Source: an uncultured Pseudomonadota bacterium (GTDB lineage: Bacteria; Pseudomonadota; Alphaproteobacteria; JACZXZ01). Taken from it: DNA of 64,000 nt. The position numbers and the translations under genes were made by a program. Below the pieces are notes generated by a model that searched no databases, was not told the DNA's origin, and saw only the letters and a program-made list of their open reading frames with translations. Numbering within the stretch: the stretch's first letter is position 1; every line of letters begins with the position of its first letter. This document shows, piece by piece, positions 1 through 10,900 of this stretch. The stretch covers positions 768,001 through 832,000 of the forward strand of contig CAVVLJ010000017.1 in NCBI GenBank assembly GCA_963749075.1, written 5' to 3'.

Positions 1-721
1 TGCGCGCGAGGAGGAACTGCGGCCCGGCTCCCTCGCGCACGCGGGCGAGGAGGGCCGCCGCCGCCTCGTCGACCGCGGCCACCTCGTTGCCGTCGACCGC
101 GCGCGCCGGCACGCCGAGGCTCTCTGCGCGCGCGTCGGGGCCGGGACCTGCCGAGACCGCGCGCGTGCGCGTCATGGCGGCGAAGCCGTTGTCCTCGCAG
201 ACGAAGAGCACGGGGAGCTCGTAAATCTTGGCCCAATTGAGGCTCTCGAGGAAGGGGCCGCGGTTGGTCGCACCGTCGCCGAAGAAGCAGGCGACCACGC
301 GCCGCTCGCCCTTGAGCTTCACCGCGTGCGCGGCACCAACCGCGATGGTGAGGCCGGCCGCGACCACGCCGTTCGCCCCCAGCATGCCGATCGAGAAATC
401 CGCGATGTGGAGCGAGCCGCCCTTCCCTTGGCAGGTCCCCGTGGCGCGGCCGAAGAGCTCCGCCATCATGGCCTTGGTCGAGGCGCCCTTGGCGATTGTG
501 TGGCCGTGGCCGCGGTGGGTCGTGGTGATGAGGTCCTCGCGCGCGAGATTGGCCATCACGCCGGCGGCGACCGCCTCCTGGCCGATCGAGAGGTGCACGG
601 CGCCGGTGACGTGCCCCGCCTTGTGCGCCGCCTCGGCCGCCTCCTCGAAGGCGCGGATGCGCGCCATGGTGCGGTAGTGCGCGAGCAGGCGGTCTAAGTC
701 GATGTTGGGCAAGGCTGCCAT
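1..721 (-). CDS. TPP-dependent dehydrogenase E1 alpha subunit (acetoin/pyruvate dehydrogenase-like), runs off the left edge
   Basis: Manual translation from ATG at 721: MAALPNIDLDRLLAHYRTMARIRAFEE...HLSIGQEA...THRGHGH...GKGGSLH...CFFGDGATNRG...CEDN, which are E1-alpha motifs. Confidence 0.9.
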   Translation of the reverse strand, partial: MAALPNIDLDRLLAHYRTMARIRAFEEAAEAAHKAGHVTGAVHLSIGQEAVAAGVMANLAREDLITTTHRGHGHTIAKGASTKAMMAELFGRATGTCQGKGGSLHIADFSIGMLGANGVVAAGLTIAVGAAHAVKLKGERRVVACFFGDGATNRGPFLESLNWAKIYELPVLFVCEDNGFAAMTRTRAVSAGPGPDARAESLGVPARAVDGNEVAAVDEAAAALLARVREGAGPQFLLAR

Positions 722-813
722 CGGCTCGCTCTCCGGGATCGCGTTTCCGCGACAGCTTTAGCATCGCGCACGCTGGCCGGCAAGCTGCGCCGCTTCCGGA
801 CCGGCGCAATATC

Positions 814-831
814 TCGCTGTAATTAAAGCGA
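814..831. promoter_or_regulatory. Imperfect palindrome (candidate operator) in the divergent intergenic region
   Basis: TCGCT-G-TAATTA-A-AGCGA in an AT-rich patch between two divergent operons. Confidence 0.35.
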
Positions 832-922
832 ATTTCCTGTTGCGCGCGATGCCGGTTCCTGCTTCAAGACGGGCGGCGGCCAAACACGCCGCGAGGACGT
901 GGACGAAAGACCCGCGAAGGCC

Positions 923-1771
923 ATGACCGCCGAGAGCGCCCCGATCCTGGTCACGGACAGCATCACGAAGCTCGGCGCCGGGGCGGCGGGAGGCGTCGCC
1001 GTCGCCGCCTCCCACGGCGGCCTCTATGCCGCCTATCTCGCGGCGCGGAGCGGCTTGCGCGGCGTCGTCCTCAACGACGCGGGCGTCGGCCTCGATAAGG
1101 CCGGGATCGCCGGTCTCGCCTATCTCGACGGGCTCGGCATGGCGGCAGCCACCGTCGACTGCCGCTCGGCGCGCATCGGCGATGGGCACGACATGATGGC
1201 GCGCGGCACCATCAGCCATGTCAACGCCGCGGCGGCGCTGGCCGGCTGCAAGGTGGGAGAGGCCTGCGCCGAATGCGCCGAGCGCATGCGCGGGGCACCG
1301 CTGGCCAAGGGCGAGCCGCCGGCTTACGCCGAGGCGCGCTTCCTCCTCCGCCGCGAGCCCGGCGAGCCCCCGGTGTGGGGCCTCGATTCGAACTCCCTCG
1401 CCGAGCCCGAGGACGCCGGCGCCATCCTGGTGACCGGCTCCCACGGCGGCCTCCTCGGCGGCAAGCCGCAGAGCGCCATCCGGGTGCAGGCGCTGGCCGC
1501 CGTCTACAACGACGCGGGCATCGGCATCGACCGGGCGGGGGTCTCGCGCCTCCCGGCGCTCGACGCGCGCGGCATCGCGGCTGCGACCGTCGCGGCGGCG
1601 ACCGCGCGCATCGGCGACGCGCGCTCGGCCTGGGCCACCGGCCGGCTCTCCCAGGTGAACGCGCGTGCCGCCGCACTCGGCGCCCGCATCGGCATGAGCG
1701 TGCCGGAATTCGCAACCCTTGTCATTGCCCGGACGAGAACCGCGGCTGAGAGCGGAGCAGAGGGATCATGA
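923..1771 (+). CDS. Hypothetical protein made of two homologous domains
   Basis: ATG at 923; both halves carry DS...SHGG...NDAG(V/I)G.D.AG...AAATV...ARIGD...S.VN; the stop overlaps the next start (ATGA). Confidence 0.8.
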   Translation: MTAESAPILVTDSITKLGAGAAGGVAVAASHGGLYAAYLAARSGLRGVVLNDAGVGLDKAGIAGLAYLDGLGMAAATVDCRSARIGDGHDMMARGTISHVNAAAALAGCKVGEACAECAERMRGAPLAKGEPPAYAEARFLLRREPGEPPVWGLDSNSLAEPEDAGAILVTGSHGGLLGGKPQSAIRVQALAAVYNDAGIGIDRAGVSRLPALDARGIAAATVAAATARIGDARSAWATGRLSQVNARAAALGARIGMSVPEFATLVIARTRTAAESGAEGS

Positions 1772-3519
1772 GCATGCCAATGTCCGCCAACCGGCCGTCC
1801 GGACGCATGAGCGGCGGCCGCGCGCTTGCCGAGATGCTGCGCTTAGCTGGCACCGGCCCGATGTTCGGCATGGGCGGCTTCCAGCTCCTCCCCTTCTACG
1901 ACGCGATCCGCGAGCTCGGCCTCAGGCACTATCTCATCAACGACGAGCGCTGCGGCGCCTTTGCCGCCGACGCCTATGCGCGCGTCGCGAACCGGCCCGG
2001 CATCTGCGATGCGACGCTCGGGCCGGGTGCCACGAATCTCGTGACCGGCCTCGTCGAATCCTTGAACGCCGGCACGCCACTGATCGCAATTGTGGGCGAC
2101 GCCAACCGCATGCACGCCTGGAAGAACATGACCCAGGAATGCCGCCAGAGCGACATCCTGCGGCCGGCGGCGAAGGAGCTCATCCGCGTCGAGGCGACGG
2201 CACGCATCCCTGAGCTCGCGCGCCGCGCCTTCGCGGTGGCGACCGCGGGCCGGCCGGGGCCGGTGGTGCTCGACGTGCCCGAGGACGTGTGCCACGGCGA
2301 GCACGAGTTCGCGGCCGAGGACTTCCACATCGACCCGGCCACGACGGCGATCCCGGCACGGCGCGCGCGCCCGGAGCGGAGCCAAATCGAGGCCGCCGCC
2401 CGCCTCTTGGCAAAGGCCAAGCGCCCGCTCATCCTCGCCGGCGGCGGCGTGCATCTCTCGGCGGCGCAGGCAGCGCTCACGGCCTTTGCCGAGCTGGCGC
2501 GCATCCCGGTCGCCCACACCATGAGCGGCAAGGGCGCAATCGCCTGCACCCACCCGCTCTCGGCCGGCCTCTTCGGGCGCTATTCGCGCATCGCCAACGA
2601 TCTCATCGCCGCGGCCGATTTCCTCCTCGTGGTCGGCTGCAAGCTCGGCGAGATCGCGACCAAGCGCTATGCGCTCCTGCCGCCCGCGGTGCCGATCATC
2701 CATCTCGACATCCTGGCCGAGGAGATCGGCCGCACGGCATCGCCCGAGATCGTGCTGTGGGGCGACGCGCGCGAGGGGCTCGCCGATCTCGGCGAAGCCC
2801 TCGGCGACGATGCGGCGCGGCTCAAGGCCGCGCGCGCCGGCTATATCGCCGAGTGCGCGACGCGCATGGCCGCCTGGCGGAAGGAAGCCGCACCCCGCCT
2901 CGGCTCGGGCGAGCGGCCGATCAACATGGCGCGCCTGGTGGCCGAGCTCGACCGCGCCATTCCCTCGGACGGCATCCTCGTGGCCAACGGCGGCTTCGCC
3001 GGCCACTGGACGGCACTCCTCTACGACACCAAGTCGGCGGGCCGCCATTACATCGCCGACCGCGGCCTCGCCTCGATCGGCTACGGCCTGCCGGGCGGCA
3101 TCGGCGCAGCCCTCGCCGCACCAGCCTCGCCGGTCGTGGCGATCACCGGCGACGGCGGCTTCAACATGGTGCTCGGCGAGCTCGAGACGGCACGGCGCAC
3201 CGGTGCCGCGCTCACGACCGTGGTGGTCAACAACGCGGCCTCGGGCTACGTGAAAGCGCTGCAGCACGTCATGTACGGCGGTCGCTACCAGTCGAGCGAC
3301 CTCGCCGAGATGAATTATGCGGCACTCGCCGAAGCCATGGGCTGCCGCGGCATCCGCGTCGAGGATCCGGAGCGACTGGGCGAGGCGCTCGCGGCCGGCA
3401 TTGCCGAGCGCTCCCGGCCGACGGTCATCGACGTCGTGGTCACGCGCGACGCCGGCCAGATGCTGCCGGCCGCCGACAACCGCACGGTCGAGATCAAGAA
3501 GGGCGACCGCGTGGCGTGA
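1768..3519 (+). CDS. Thiamine pyrophosphate-binding enzyme (acetolactate synthase-like family)
   Basis: DERCGAFAADAYAR, GPGATN, GRPGPV and GDGGFNM...NN TPP motif; 583 aa. Confidence 0.92.
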   Translation: MSMPMSANRPSGRMSGGRALAEMLRLAGTGPMFGMGGFQLLPFYDAIRELGLRHYLINDERCGAFAADAYARVANRPGICDATLGPGATNLVTGLVESLNAGTPLIAIVGDANRMHAWKNMTQECRQSDILRPAAKELIRVEATARIPELARRAFAVATAGRPGPVVLDVPEDVCHGEHEFAAEDFHIDPATTAIPARRARPERSQIEAAARLLAKAKRPLILAGGGVHLSAAQAALTAFAELARIPVAHTMSGKGAIACTHPLSAGLFGRYSRIANDLIAAADFLLVVGCKLGEIATKRYALLPPAVPIIHLDILAEEIGRTASPEIVLWGDAREGLADLGEALGDDAARLKAARAGYIAECATRMAAWRKEAAPRLGSGERPINMARLVAELDRAIPSDGILVANGGFAGHWTALLYDTKSAGRHYIADRGLASIGYGLPGGIGAALAAPASPVVAITGDGGFNMVLGELETARRTGAALTTVVVNNAASGYVKALQHVMYGGRYQSSDLAEMNYAALAEAMGCRGIRVEDPERLGEALAAGIAERSRPTVIDVVVTRDAGQMLPAADNRTVEIKKGDRVA

Positions 3520-3551
3520 GGCAGAGCCAGAGGGATGCGCATGGGGATGTC

Positions 3552-4337
3552 ATGGCGCAGCGCTTGAGCGGCAAGGCGGCGATCGTCACGGGAGCGGCGA
3601 GCGGCCTCGGCCTTGCCATCGCAAAGCGCCTGTCAGCGGAAGGTGCGGCCGTGGCGTTAGCCGACCTCGACGAGGCCGCGGCCTTGAGGGCGTGCGGCGA
3701 CATCGAGGCGGCAGGCGGAGCCGCCATGGCGCTGCGGGCCGACGTGAGCGAGCCCGGCGACGTGACGGCACTCGTCGCGCGCACCGTGGACAGCTTCGGG
3801 CGCCTCGACATTCTCGTGAGCAATGCCGGCGTCGGCGGCACCCATGCCTTCCTCGATGAGCCGCTCGAGCATTGGCAGAAGGTGATCGCGGTCAATTTGA
3901 CCGGCGTCTTCCTCTGCGGTCAGGCGGCGGCGCGCGTCATGGCCCGCCAAGGCTCTGGCCGCATCGTCAACATCGCCTCCGTGAGCGGCCTCCGCGCCGG
4001 CAGCGGGCGCACCGCCTACGGCACCGCCAAGGCGGGCGTCATCCATCTCACGCGGCAGATGGCGCTCGAGCTCGGGCCCCTCGGCATCACGGTCAACGCC
4101 GTCGCCCCCGGGCCGGTCGACACGCCGCTCGTCGCGCGCGACCACACGCCCGAGACGCGGGCCGCCTATCTCGCGATGATCCCGCTCGCCCGCTACGGCA
4201 CGCCCGAGGAGATCGCCGGCGTGGTCGCCTTCCTCGCGAGCGACGACGCGGCCTATATGAGCGGCGAGACGCTCGCCGTCGACGGCGGCTTCACCGCGAG
4301 CGGCATGATCGCGCGCGACGTGCTGGTGCCGCGCTGA
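3552..4337 (+). CDS. SDR family NAD(P)-dependent oxidoreductase
   Basis: TGAASGLG, NAG, YGTAK (YxxxK), VAPGPVDT, VDGG. Confidence 0.93.
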   Translation: MAQRLSGKAAIVTGAASGLGLAIAKRLSAEGAAVALADLDEAAALRACGDIEAAGGAAMALRADVSEPGDVTALVARTVDSFGRLDILVSNAGVGGTHAFLDEPLEHWQKVIAVNLTGVFLCGQAAARVMARQGSGRIVNIASVSGLRAGSGRTAYGTAKAGVIHLTRQMALELGPLGITVNAVAPGPVDTPLVARDHTPETRAAYLAMIPLARYGTPEEIAGVVAFLASDDAAYMSGETLAVDGGFTASGMIARDVLVPR

Positions 4338-4424
4338 GGGAAGCGAAGCGCTGGAAATGGTAAGATCGGCCGCGGCGCAAAGCGAGGCAAAGCGCCAGCG
4401 CTATCCTGGCGGCGGAAGCTTAGA

Positions 4425-5576
4425 ATGGGCCGTGTCGCAACATCTTGCCGGTGGCTGCTTGCCAAGATCGGCGACCGCAGGACGCAATTGCGCCTATGCC
4501 TGAGGGTGACGGTTGCGGCCTTGGCGTCTTTCGCCCTAGCGCAATTCCTGACCGTTCCTCTCGCGGGCTTGTGGGTGGTGCTGACGGCAGTCGTCGTGAC
4601 CCAAATGAGCCTCGGCGCCTCGCTGAAGGCGACGATCGAATATTTCGTGGGAACGCTCGGCGGCGCGGTTTACGCCGCCGCCGTCGCCGCCCTCGTCCCG
4701 CACCACGATGAAATCTCCGTCTTGGCCGTGCTCGCGCTTGCAGTGGCACCGCTTGCGCTGCTCGCCGCCGCGAATCCGCATTTTCGCGTCGGCCCGTTCA
4801 CGGCCGTCATCGTGGTTCTAGGGACGACGGCCACCCACAACGACCCGATCGTCTCGGCATTCTATCGCGTGCTCGAGGTGGCCCTCGGCGGTGGCACCGG
4901 CCTCGTGGTCTCCTTTCTGGTGCTCCCGGCGCGTGCGGATGTCCTGGTGATCGCGGCCGCGGCCAACATGCTCGATCTCCTCGCGCGGGCTTTGCCCGAG
5001 CTGTTCGCCGGCTTTACCCGGGCTCGCGATGCAGCGGGTGCCCTACGGGTCCAGAACAGGATCAGAGCCGCGTTCGCGCGCGTCGACGCAGCCGGCGCCG
5101 AGGCCAAGCACGAGAAGATGACCTATCTTGCGGCGCAGCCGGATCCGGGGCCGCTGCTGCGCACGCTCCTCCGCCTGCGTCACGATCTCGTCATGATCGG
5201 ACGGGCGGCAGCCGTGCCGCTCCCGGAGCCGTTCCAGGCGCTGCTCGGACCGCTGCTTGCGCGCCTCGTCGAGGCCCTGGCCGATTATCTGCGTGCCGGC
5301 AGCACGGCGCTGATCGCACGCCGCAGCGCACCTCAGCTCGACGCGGTCGAAGCCGCGTTGGATGCCTATGCTGCCGCGGTCGCCGCCGCGCGCCGCGAAG
5401 GATCGACGCGGGATTTGCCCGGCGATGCGGTGGAGCGCATCTTCGCGCTCGGTTTCGCGCTCGAGCAGCTTCGCCAGAATTTCATCGACCTTGCGCGCTG
5501 CGTAACTGATTTTGCACCATCGAACGCCGTCTCCATGCGCAAAATCGACCCGAGGCCGGACCAGTCACCGCGATAG
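4425..5576 (+). CDS. FUSC-family (aromatic acid exporter-like) membrane protein
   Basis: N-terminal TM bundle (WVVLTAVVV, GTLGGA, RVLEVALG) followed by a helical soluble domain. Confidence 0.8.
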   Translation: MGRVATSCRWLLAKIGDRRTQLRLCLRVTVAALASFALAQFLTVPLAGLWVVLTAVVVTQMSLGASLKATIEYFVGTLGGAVYAAAVAALVPHHDEISVLAVLALAVAPLALLAAANPHFRVGPFTAVIVVLGTTATHNDPIVSAFYRVLEVALGGGTGLVVSFLVLPARADVLVIAAAANMLDLLARALPELFAGFTRARDAAGALRVQNRIRAAFARVDAAGAEAKHEKMTYLAAQPDPGPLLRTLLRLRHDLVMIGRAAAVPLPEPFQALLGPLLARLVEALADYLRAGSTALIARRSAPQLDAVEAALDAYAAAVAAARREGSTRDLPGDAVERIFALGFALEQLRQNFIDLARCVTDFAPSNAVSMRKIDPRPDQSPR

Positions 5577-5593
5577 CGGCAGAGCCCCGGACC

Positions 5594-6802
5594 TTACTCG
5601 CCGTCCCCCGCTGCGGGCGCCGCGCGCCGCTCGAGCACGACGGCGAGCACGAGCACCGCAAGCATGATCGCGGCACCCGCGATATAGGGCCCGTTGCGCC
5701 CGGCCAAGGTGAAGACGGCGCCGGCGAAGGTGGGGCCGAGGATGCGCGCGAGGCTGGCGGCCGATTGCGAGATGCCGAGCACGCTGCCGAGCGTGCGCCG
5801 ATCGGCCGCGAGCGAGATGAGGCTGCTGAGCGAGGGGTTGCTGATGCCGCCGCCATAGGCCACGAGCCCCATGGCGACGAGGAGGAGCGGCAGGGCGTGC
5901 GCGAGCGGAATGAGCGCGAGGCCGAGCGCGAACGCGAGGGCGCCTTGGATCAAGAGACGCCGCTCGCCGAAGCGCTTGGCGAGCGGGCGCATCAGGCCGC
6001 CCTGCACGAGGGCCGAGAGCACGCCCGCGTAGGCGAAGAGGTAGCCGTTCTGCGTAGCACCCCAGCCGAAGGCGCGCTCGGACCACATGGCGAAGGTGGC
6101 CTCGAGGCCTGCAAAGGCGAAGGTCACCAGGAAGAAGAGCATCACGAGCAGCCTGAGCTCGCCGTGGCGCCAGGCGGTGACGAGGATCTGGATGCGCCCG
6201 GGGCGCGAGGTCCCTGCCGCGGCCCTGCGCGCCTCGGGATCGAGCGACTCCTTGAGGAAGGCCGCGGCAAAGAGCAGGGCCGCGAGCGAGAGCGCCGCCG
6301 AGGTCAGCGCCGGCGCCAGCACGTGTGGATCGTGCGGATCGGCGCCTGCCAGCACGCCGCCCAGCGCCGGCCCGACGATGAAGCCGAGTCCGAAGGCGGC
6401 GCCCACGAGGCCCATGCCCTGGGCGCGGCGCTCGGGCGGTGTTACGTCCGCGATATAGGCCTGCGCGGCCGCGATGTTGCCCGCCATGATGCCGGCCATG
6501 GCGCGCGCTGCAAGGAGTGCCACGAGGCTGTCGGCGAGGCCGGTCCACACGTAGGAGAGCGAGATGCCGGCGAGGCTTACCAGGAGGATGGGCTTCCGCC
6601 CATAGCGGTCGCTGAGGCGGCCCCAGACGGGTGCGGAGAAGAATTGCATGAGCGAATAGATCGCCATCACCAGCGTCACGAGCTCGGGTCCGGCGTGGAA
6701 ATGCTCGGCATAGAACGGCAAGAGCGGGATGACGACGCCGAAGCCGACAAGATCGACGAAGACCGTGAGGAAGATGGCGATGAGCGGGCTGATGCGGTTC
6801 AT
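5594..6802 (-). CDS. MFS transporter (TetA/DHA1-like)
   Basis: FLTVFVDLVGFGVVIPLLP, GRLSDRYGRK motif A, GFIVGPALGG; ATG at 6802. Confidence 0.9.
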   Translation of the reverse strand: MNRISPLIAIFLTVFVDLVGFGVVIPLLPFYAEHFHAGPELVTLVMAIYSLMQFFSAPVWGRLSDRYGRKPILLVSLAGISLSYVWTGLADSLVALLAARAMAGIMAGNIAAAQAYIADVTPPERRAQGMGLVGAAFGLGFIVGPALGGVLAGADPHDPHVLAPALTSAALSLAALLFAAAFLKESLDPEARRAAAGTSRPGRIQILVTAWRHGELRLLVMLFFLVTFAFAGLEATFAMWSERAFGWGATQNGYLFAYAGVLSALVQGGLMRPLAKRFGERRLLIQGALAFALGLALIPLAHALPLLLVAMGLVAYGGGISNPSLSSLISLAADRRTLGSVLGISQSAASLARILGPTFAGAVFTLAGRNGPYIAGAAIMLAVLVLAVVLERRAAPAAGDGE

Positions 6803-7081
6803 GCGGACTCTGCTGCGGCCGCGTCCTTCTCGGGACGCGTCATGGCGAGCCAAGGGGCTACTCGCTTGGCGGGGGCTTGGCAAGCGCCGATGGACAGCCG
6901 GCGCGGAAATGCCGCGACGGCTTCACCTTTGCTCGGTACCGTACTAACCGATGTCAGGTAACGGCGCTCCCTCGTAAGGTCTCTTCGAGGGCGGCGCTGG
7001 CGGGGACGCAGAATTCCGCCCTCTCCCTTCGAGGGGGACGGTCACGGAGCCGGGCGCGCCGTGCACCCGTATGCGGCTGCC

Positions 7082-7774
7082 TCAGCGCGTGCTCGAGAAC
7101 GGCCAGGTCGAGCCGCTCGGGCTCGAGCCGGCGGCAGGGGCTGCCGGCTGCGGTGCCGCAGGCGCGCTCGGCGCCGGGGCGGCCGCGGGCGGAGCCGCGG
7201 GCTGAGGCGGCTTGGGCGCCTGGGCGACCACGGGCTTGGGTGCCGGAGGCATCGCGGGCTTGGGCGCCGGAGGCATCGCGGGCTTGGGCGCCGGAGGCAT
7301 CGCGGTCTTGGGCGCCGGAGGCATCGCGGGTTTCGGCGCCGGGGACATCGCAGGCCTCGGCATCGGGGGCATCGCGGGCCTGGGCGCCGCGGCAACCGGC
7401 GGCCTTGGGGCCAGCGCAACTGCCGGCTTCGGCGCCGGGGCAACGACCGGCTTCGGTGCGGGTGCCGCCTTCGCGACGGGCGCCGTCTTCACCTTGGCAA
7501 CCTTCTTCGGCGCCGGCTTCTTTGCCAGCTTCTTGGCCGGCTTCTTCGCGGGCTTCTTCGCCTTCACGACCCGCTTCACCGCCGCCTTGCGCGGTGCCGC
7601 CTTCTTGGCTCTCTTCGCGGCTACCCGCTTGCGGGCGGGCTTGCGCACCGGCTTCTTCGCGGTGCGGCGTGCGCTCGTGCGGCGCGCGGCCTTGCGGGCG
7701 GCCGGCTTCCCGGCGCGGCTCTTGGACTTCTTTGCCGCCGTTTTCGTCTTTTTCCGACGTGTTGTCTTTGCCAT
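7082..7774 (-). CDS. Histone H1-like Lys/Ala/Arg-rich protein with Pro-rich repeat tail
   Basis: MAKTTRRKK..., KKPAKK repeats, then (PAMPPAPK)n; GGGAG RBS upstream. Confidence 0.75.
   Translation of the reverse strand: MAKTTRRKKTKTAAKKSKSRAGKPAARKAARRTSARRTAKKPVRKPARKRVAAKRAKKAAPRKAAVKRVVKAKKPAKKPAKKLAKKPAPKKVAKVKTAPVAKAAPAPKPVVAPAPKPAVALAPRPPVAAAPRPAMPPMPRPAMSPAPKPAMPPAPKTAMPPAPKPAMPPAPKPAMPPAPKPVVAQAPKPPQPAAPPAAAPAPSAPAAPQPAAPAAGSSPSGSTWPFSSTR
7232..7375. repeat. 24-bp tandem repeat, 6 copies, inside the H1-like gene
   Basis: Units GGGCTTGGGCGCCGGAGGCATCGC and variants at 7232, 7256, 7280, 7304, 7328 and 7352. Confidence 0.9.
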
Positions 7775-7963
7775 TTTCGTGCACTCCCTCTTTGTCGCGA
7801 ATGCTCGGCTCCGTTGCAGCCGTGCAGTCGCATCCTCTAGATGCCGCGACTTGTGACAGAAGTAAAGCTTGCTGATTATTTTGCCGGCGGAACGATCCGC
7901 CGGCGCTGGACTTGGGTGCAGCGCAGCAATCTATCTATTTGAAACTATTACATTTCCAACGCG

Positions 7964-10900
7964 CTAGACGGCCGCGGCGGCGCGCCGCAGGGTGATCGCG
8001 ACGGGCTTGCCGTCGAGCTCGTGCTCGCTTCTGAAGCCCTCGGTGCCCCGCTCGGCGGGGACGAGGGTGAGGGCGAGCGCCAGCGTCTCCTCCGCGATGA
8101 AGCGGCGGTGGCTCTCGACGGCGGCGGCGAGCTCGGGGGGCAGGGAAAGGGCGAGCTCGATGCGGTCGGAGACGTGCAGTCCCGCCTCCTTGCGCGTGGT
8201 CTGGATGAGGCGCACGAGGTCGCGCGCCAGCCCTTCGGCCTTGAGCTCGGGCGTCATTGTCACGTCGAGGATGACGGCACCCCGGCCCTTGAGGCTGAGC
8301 GCCGACTGCCCCTCGGGTACTGCGAGGCGGAGGGTGAAATCCTCGCCCGCGAGCGTGTGGCCCGCGGCCGCGACCGTGCCGTCGCCGTTGTCGCGCCAGG
8401 CGCCGGCCTTGGCGGCGGCGAGCACCTCCTTGACCGCCTTCCCGATGCGCGCGCCGATCTTGGGATTGACGTGGAGCTCGAGGCGGCCGAACTTGCCGAT
8501 CTCCGCGTCGAACTCGACGCGCTTCACGTTGACCTCGTCCTCGATGAGGTGGCGGAAGGCGGCGAGCCGCTCGGCCATGGGGGTCGCCACGATCATCGCC
8601 GAGAGCGGCAGGCGGACCCGGAGATTGTGCTGCTCGCGGATGGCGAGCGCCGCCGAGCAGATGTCGCGCACCCGGTCCATGGTCTCGACGAGCTCCTCCT
8701 CGGCGGGGAAGGCGCTCACCTCCGGCCACAGGGCGAGATGCACGCTCGTCTCGCCGGTCAAGCCGCGATAGACCGTCTCGCTGAGATAGGGGACGAGCGG
8801 GGCCACCGCACGCAGGAGCGTCGTCAGCACGGTATAGAGCGTGTTGTAGGCGGCGAGCTTGTCGCGGTCGCGGCCGGCGCGCCAGAAGCGCTCGCGGCTC
8901 CTCCTGATGTACCAGTTGTTGAGCGCGTCGAGGAAGCGCACCACGGCGGCCGAGGGAGCGGGGATGTCGTAGGCGTCCAAGTGGCTCTCGATATCGAGCA
9001 CGAGGGCGCGCGTCTTGGCCAGGATGTAGCGGTCGAGGACGTTCTCCGCCTCGCTCACGAGCTCAGCCTTGATGCCGTCCGCATTGGCGTAGAGTGCAAA
9101 AAAGTAATAGGCGTTCCAGATCGGCTTGAGGACGTGGCGCTGCACCTCGCCGATGGCGCGGCCGTCCTTGGGAATGGCGAGGTCGCCGCCGGACAAGAGC
9201 GGCGAGGAGACGAGATACCAGCGCAGCGCGTCGGCGCCGTAGGTGTCGAACATCTCGAGCGGGTCGGGATAGTTCTTGAGCCGCTTCGAGAGCTTCTGGT
9301 GGTTCTCGTCGAGCACCACCCCATGGCAGAGGCAATTCTTGAACGGCACCTTGTCGAAGAGGGCGACCGCCAGCACCACGAGGGTGTAGAACCAGGCGCG
9401 CGTCTGCGCCACGTACTCGACGATGAAGTCGCCGGGGAAGTGGCTCTCGAACCACTCCTTGTGCTCGAAGGGGTAGTGCACCTGGGCATAGGGCATGGAG
9501 CCCGATTCGAACCAGCAGTCGAGCACGTCCTCGACGCGGCGCATCATGCTCTTGCCCGTGGGATCGTCGGGATTGGGCCGCACCAGCCGGTCAATGCCGG
9601 GCCGGTGGAGGTCCTGGGGCCGCACGCCGAAGTCGCGCGCGATCTCGTCGATGCTGCCGTAGACGTTGATGCGCGGGTAAGCGGGGTCGTCGCTGCGCCA
9701 CACCGGGATGGGCGAGCCCCAGAAGCGGTTGCGGCTGATGTTCCAGTCGCGCGCACCGGCGAGCCAATTGCCGAAGAGCCCGTCGCGGACGTGGCTCGGG
9801 ATCCAGTTGATGCCCTTGTTGAGCTCGACCATGCGCTCGCGGAAGTCGGTCACCTTGAGGAACCAGGCGTTGATGGCGCGGTAGATGAGCGGCGTGTCGG
9901 TGCGCCAGCAGTGGGGGTAGTTGTGCACGATGGTGTCCTGGCGCACGAGCACGCCCATGCGCTTCAGATCCTGGATGATCGGCTTGTTGGCGTCGAACAC
10001 GAGCTGGCCCTCGTAGGGCTTCACCTCGCTCGTGAAGCGGCCGGCGTTGTCGACGGGTACTACGATGGGAATGCCGTGCTTCGAGCAGAGATCGAGGTCG
10101 TCCTCGCCGAAGCCGGGCGCCATATGGACGATGCCGGTGCCCTCCTCGGTCGAGACGAAATCGCCGGCAAGCACGCGGAAGGCCCCTTCCGTCGCGGCGA
10201 AGAAGGGGAAGATCGGCTTGTAGGTGCGGCCCAAGAGGGCGCTCCCCTTGAGCGTGCCGACGCGCACCGCGTTGGCGAGCTGCTTCTCGTACTTGGGTGC
10301 CGCGGCCTCGGCGAGCGCGTAGCGTGCATCCTCCTCCTCGAAGACCGCGTAGTCGATGTCGGCGCCGACCGCGAGTGCGAGGTTCGAGGGCAGGGTCCAG
10401 GGCGTCGTCGTCCAGGCGAGGAGCTTCAGGGGCTTCGTCTCGCCCGGCAAGGAATCGAGGGTGAAGGCGACGGTGACGGCCGGATCCTGGCGCTCGCGGT
10501 AGGCATTGTCGAGGCGCGTCTCGAAGTTGGAGAGCGGCGTCTGGATGGCCCAGGAATAGGCGACGACGCGGTAGCCCTCGTAGATGAGGCCCTTGTCCCA
10601 GAGGGTCTTGAAGGCCCACATGACGCTCTCCATGAAGGAGAGGTCGAGGGTCTTGTAGTCGTTCTTGAAGTCGACCCAGCGCGCCTGGCGCGTGACGTAC
10701 TTCTCCCACTCCTTGGTGAAGCGCAGCACCGAGGTGCGGCAGTGATCGTTGAAGCGCTCGATGCCGTACTCGAGGATCGCCGGACGGCCGGAGATGCCGA
10801 GCTCCTGCTCGGCGGTGAGCTCGGCCGGCAGGCCGTGGCAGTCCCAGCCGAAGCGCCGCTCGACGCGTCTTCCCCGCATGGTCTGGTAGCGGGGGACGAT

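Noticed and set aside
2289-4337. 682-aa ORF
   Set aside because: Only the last 261 aa (SDR, from 3552) are real; the rest overlaps the TPP enzyme out of frame
7232-7375. Possible CRISPR array
   Set aside because: Contiguous 24-bp coding repeats with no spacers and no cas genes
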